Source: Eledone cirrhosa
Lineage: Eukaryota
Reading direction: 5' to 3'
DNA length: 64,000 nucleotides
NCBI GenBank assembly: GCA_964016885.1
Contig: OZ024742.1
Coordinates: forward strand, 113,336,001-113,400,000
Shown one piece after another: positions 59,348 to 64,000 of the stretch; position 1 is the stretch's first letter, and the number at the start of each line of letters is the position of its first letter. Position numbers and translations under genes: made by a program. The notes beneath the pieces were generated by a model. The model ran no database searches. It was given only the letters and a program-made list of their open reading frames with translations, and was not told the DNA's origin.

Positions 59348-59864
59348 GTTGTTATTTGGCGTTGTTGAAAAGAGCAGTGGCCCTTGACCTGGCATTAAAA
59401 AACTGGAGACGAAATTCTTTCTGTACGAAAACCATGGCACACACATACACACAAATGTTTGTGTCCGTGTATGTATATGTGTGTATGTGTGTGTGTGTGT
59501 GTGCGTGCGTGTTCATATATATATATGTGTGTGTATCTGTATCGATCTATGTATATATATATATAAGGGATACAAATACGGCTTTCTCAGTCACCAATCC
59601 TCTCAACTTATTCGTTGCTACTAAGTATTTTATTTGGCTACGAGGTAATTTATTTTGCATCTTTTGTATTTTGACTTTACAATTTGAATTGTAGAATTGT
59701 TTATCCAATCAAAATATTACAACAGCTAACATTGAAATATAGAATTTAAAAAAAAGATCAAATCCTTGAAAACATCACGTCTATTTCTCAATAGTATATA
59801 ATTTGATATACTTTCATTTTGTTTTGGACAGTCACTTATTTTGTATTTAATTCGTACGGGCCTA

Positions 59865-59953
59865 GGTTGACTCTGCCTTTCATCCTTACGGGGTCGATAA
59901 AATAAAGTATATACTGGGTAATTACTGGCCTTGTGCCAAAAGTAGAAACAATT
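59865..59953 (+). mobile_element. SINE central/3' fragment
   Basis: gactctgcctttcatccttacggggtcgataaaataaagt; same family as 17040-17132. Confidence 0.7.
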
Positions 59954-59984
59954 ATTTAAAGATCATTTTAAAGATTCTAACATA

Positions 59985-61127
59985 ACTTGATGTGGCCCAT
60001 TACGTGCACTGCGGCATTCATATTTCTCAACTTATTATATCTAAGTCCGTACAACAAAGTTCATTTATCAAAGATCTTCTCGATTACGTCAGGAAAATTT
60101 AAGCACGCGTATTTATCACAACATGATGAAGAAAATGAAGTATCGTCACCACGCTCCTTAAAACCTGTGTGCCCTACTCGATGGCTAACACGACTTTCTG
60201 CAGTGAAGCCCTTCTTGACAATTATTCAGATTTCCCTATTTCTTCACAAGAGGTAACAAATGAGTTTGGCACCAACATTGCATCCAGAGCTAATGTTATT
60301 GTTACGTGTCACTCTCCGGGTCAATGTGTTCTTGGATTGCACCTTGTAGTTCCATTACTTCAATTCCATGAAGGATTGAACAAATCTTTTCAAAGTAACA
60401 CCCTCAATCTCGGTAGCATGTTGTGTAGTATCAAACTGGTACAGGAGGAGCTAAACAATCTACGCAGTGAAGAAACGTTTCAGGAGCCGTTCAATACAGC
60501 AGAATAAATGATTTATCAACTCGATAGTTTTCCTTTGGAGCTACCCAGGCAACGAAAAGTTCCTAAAAGATACCAGGAAGGAAATGCGTTAAAATATTAA
60601 CACTGGACTGCTTTCGATCATTACAGTGTGTAGTATTTGCAGGTAGTGGATACTGCGATATCAAATTTGAAAGATTTTTTTTTTTTTCACAGGATTTAGC
60701 AGATTATGTAGAACTGAGCAATATTTTACTCAATGGAAATTTTTGTGCTGAAGTGATCATGTACTATCCAGAGCTTGGTGAATTTTCTTTAAGGAAAGAA
60801 ATACATCATAATGGATTATCTCTCGAGGATCATCGTCATGTATTCGGTGAAATGCAACCAGAAGTCCGTGGCATGTTTCTAAATGTTGAGTGATTGCTCA
60901 GGCTAATTTTAGTGTTTCCAACCAGTTGTTGTGAAGCTGAAATATATTTTAGCGCTTTACTGCGACTCACAACTTGGTTGCAATCGACCATGACTCAGCA
61001 AAGGTTGAATCATATTCTATTATACCACGTTCATAGAGATGTTTTTAAAAAGATTAGTTGTGAAGAAGTTGCTAAATTATTTATTGACAGGAATGATCCG
61101 AGATATGATACATTTGGAAAGTTCTAA
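59985..61127 (+). pseudogene. Decayed hAT transposase C-terminal half (ZMYM1/Tip100-like)
   Basis: LKPVCPTRWLTR and dimerisation domain FPTSCCEAE..FSAL.RL.TWLQSTMTQQRLN. Confidence 0.85.
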
Positions 61128-62130
61128 AAGACATTAAATTCAATTTATATGTTTTTTATTCAAACGTCTATGTTTTATTTTTTGTTTATTTGATATAATA
61201 AATACTTTTTAAGCTTATTTGTTTTATATCGGAACTTCATTTGAATATATAAAATTTAATTAGCGTAACATTTTACTTACGTGATAGGGTTCAGGAAAGA
61301 CACCATGAGTAATACTAAAATGCTCAAACAAATGTTGGTTTATACCCCTCACATTTTGAAGTCAAACGAGGCCCCTGGAAAAGAGCAACATTATTCATGA
61401 ATTGAATTCACTGACCCGTTCATCACCGTGTTTGACTTGACCTCGATACTTCAGCACATTTTTACTAACATTCGGTTTGCTTGACATCATCTTCCCTTCA
61501 TTGAATATCCACATCATTTATTCTATAACTAGATTGTTGTTATTCCTATATAAACTGACTGTTTATACTACGATCAAGTCTTCTGTTCTAGCCTTGGGCT
61601 TAAGGAAGTATTTTTGTTGTCTTCAACAGTCATCCATTATAATTGCAGCAGCATTACAAGAATGCCACAGTGATGCATTAAGGTAAGGGCGATAATTTGT
61701 GTAACTCTGACTAATAAGTAATGTCTTAACTTAGTATTATCGCGTCTTACCACTACGTGCTTAATTGATGAATTCCATTTCAAAAGAGCACATTACTAGT
61801 CACTCTTGCATTAAGTTCTATTGAACTCGTTGCCTCATTAATCCTTTATTGAATCCTCCACCTTAATTCCCCAAAGCTAAATTAATACTATTCCTACATG
61901 AAAGACTGGTTAATCTTCATATATAACTTGTCTCGACTTGGTTAATTAATGACAGTATTTGTGCTTTTCATTGCAGTTGTGTTTATTACAAAGCGTTATT
62001 CCAGAACACTACTTGAAACTTTATCGTACTGGAATAGGACTCATTATAGTAAGTTCCTTATATATAATTTTATAGGCTTATATAAGCAAATTTGTATGTA
62101 ATTTTACCAAACACATTCGATAAACAGAAA

Positions 62131-63966
62131 ATGGCCTCAGCAATGAAGAAAAAATGCAGGCAGCACAGCGTTGATTACTTACGGTTCGGATTCATCCCAT
62201 CGCCATCTAAATACTTGTCACCCATGTGTTTAATTTGCAAGGAGTCCTGTTCGAATGAAGCGATGAAGCGATCACGTTTGAGTAGACACCTGGAGGTGAG
62301 GCACCCTGATAAGAGATATACATATTTAGTATACTTTCAGTCTCTTAGGGACAAATTTCAAAAAACAACACTAATTTCTTTTGCCTTTTCAAAAGTTGAA
62401 GCTTCAAATGTTGATGGACTTGTCGCATCTTACAATTTTGCCAACGTAATTGCAAAGTTTGGCAAGCCCCATTCCTTGGGTGAAACATTGGTAGCTGCTG
62501 TCATCTCAGACGTTCTTTCAACAGTACTACATCAGAAACCGTTAAAGACCTTGAAATGTTTTCCGTTAAGTAACGACTCAATAAGAAGACGCATGGCGGA
62601 AAATGTTGAACACAAATTATGCAATAGCTTGAAATCGACACAATTTGCTTTGCAACTTGATGGAAGCACACTTTTCGGCAATCAGTCCTTACTACTGGGA
62701 TACGTTCGATTTTCCACCAAAACGGAATGCACGAGGAGCTTCTTCTCACTCTGAATCTAGCCACAGATACTAAAGGTGCCACCATATTTGAATCTGTCAA
62801 GGGATACCTCGAAGAAAAACAGATACCTATAACAATATTGTACGGCGCAATATGCTGGTCGACCATCATAAGGGTTTCGTCTCCCTTCTGAAGAGGGAAA
62901 ATCCATCTGTATTTGCTGTTCATTGTGTCATTCATCGACAACAATTGGCTGCCATTGATATCATCAATTATATCAAACACCATGCCCTCGATGAACGAAT
63001 GTTTCGGCAATTGTGCGAAGATAATGACGAAGAATTCGTCGAGTTTCTCCTTCCTACTGAAGTGTGGTGGCTTTCAAAGGGCAAGTGCCTTACTCGTCTC
63101 TTTGAACTGTTCGACTCTATCATTGAGTTTCTTCGAGGACGCAACTCAGAATTGTACAAAAAAAAACTCTCACTGTGAGGCAAGACTGTGGCTACGTCGC
63201 CGACATCTTCGACAAATGCAATAGCCTCATTATGGCTTTACAGAGGGAGAAGATCACCTTGATTAAAGCAAGGAATGCTGTGAAAATATTCCTGGCCAAA
63301 TTGAAAGTCATCTAAAAGAATCTTTGTCGACAGGAATATTATAATTTTCCTAGTGTCGCCAATGTTCAAAACAAATTTATACCGCGCACCTCCGTACACT
63401 ACAAGATAACATAAGAGAACGGTTTGTCGACCTTTTTCAGATGGACATCCCAATGTGGATAGCAGATCCCTTCATAGCTAACGTCGACGTATTGGACGTT
63501 AAATTTCAGGAAGAATTCATTGAACTTAAAACAGATGACATTATCAAAATTAAATTTTCCAATATAGGTGAACCCCTTTTTGGGATGCAATAGGAAATTC
63601 AGCGTCGATTTCCACTCCTAGATACAGAGGCTAAGAGAATTGCTTTGCCTTTTCCTAGCTCATACTTAGTCGAGAGGTGGTTTGGCGCTGTTTCCAGACT
63701 GCATAGTAAGGCTCGCAACCGCTACAATGTCATTGCACTTGGAGATCGGCTACATCTTACGAAAATATAGCCTGACGTCAAAGAGTTAGCTAAACTTCAT
63801 GAAGCTCAAGGGTCCCATTGAAATGAGGTCAAAGTAAGTCGATCTTTTATTTGTAGTTGCAGTCTGACTACACTGGAAAACCATCTACGCCGATTCATTT
63901 ACTCATTTGTATATTTTACCCTTTACTAATGAATATACTCTCTTACGTGGTCATGAAAACCCCCTG
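62131..63966 (+). mobile_element. hAT Charlie/Buster-type transposon, disrupted transposase 62131-63821
   Basis: BED finger RQHSVDYLRFGF..CLIC..SNEAMK..LSRHL..H, FALQLDGST, HCVIHRQQL, EVWWLSKG, FPSSYLVE, C-terminal QGSH*; candidate 3' terminus tgaaaaccccctg ending at 63966. Confidence 0.88.
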
Positions 63967-64000
63967 CCGTGGTCTCCAAGCTCACAAAGCAGAGGGGACA

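Overview
Eukaryotic, very AT-rich, microsatellite-saturated DNA. The SINE fragments and repeat style resemble octopus/cephalopod genomes (inference). I found no host gene, and most ORF-track entries are (TA)n/(TG)n translation artefacts. The window is a nest of decayed transposons: about ten Penelope-like retroelements (PLEs; RT plus GIY-YIG) or their pseudo-LTRs (pLTRs), RTE and L1/Tx1 LINE fragments, hATm/hAT/Charlie-type DNA transposons, SINEs, a probable non-autonomous Helitron and a 200-N gap. The main signal is RNA-level: roughly two dozen type I hammerhead ribozyme (HHR) motifs or remnants can be read by eye. Six lie in a non-coding ~470-535 bp tandem repeat at two loci (10.8-13.1 kb and 40.9-41.7 kb). 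Each complete unit has one minimal HHR with a palindromic stem III, an octamer motif and many hairpins, and the first array has the same inverted, (TA)n-flanked layout as the neighbouring PLEs. This fits a PLE-mobilised non-LTR retrozyme (circular-RNA-producing satellite). The pLTR HHRs also show a recurrent C-C mismatch in stem II, a U3-A8 compensatory core variant and one very long stem II. All structures were paired manually; none was computed or tested.
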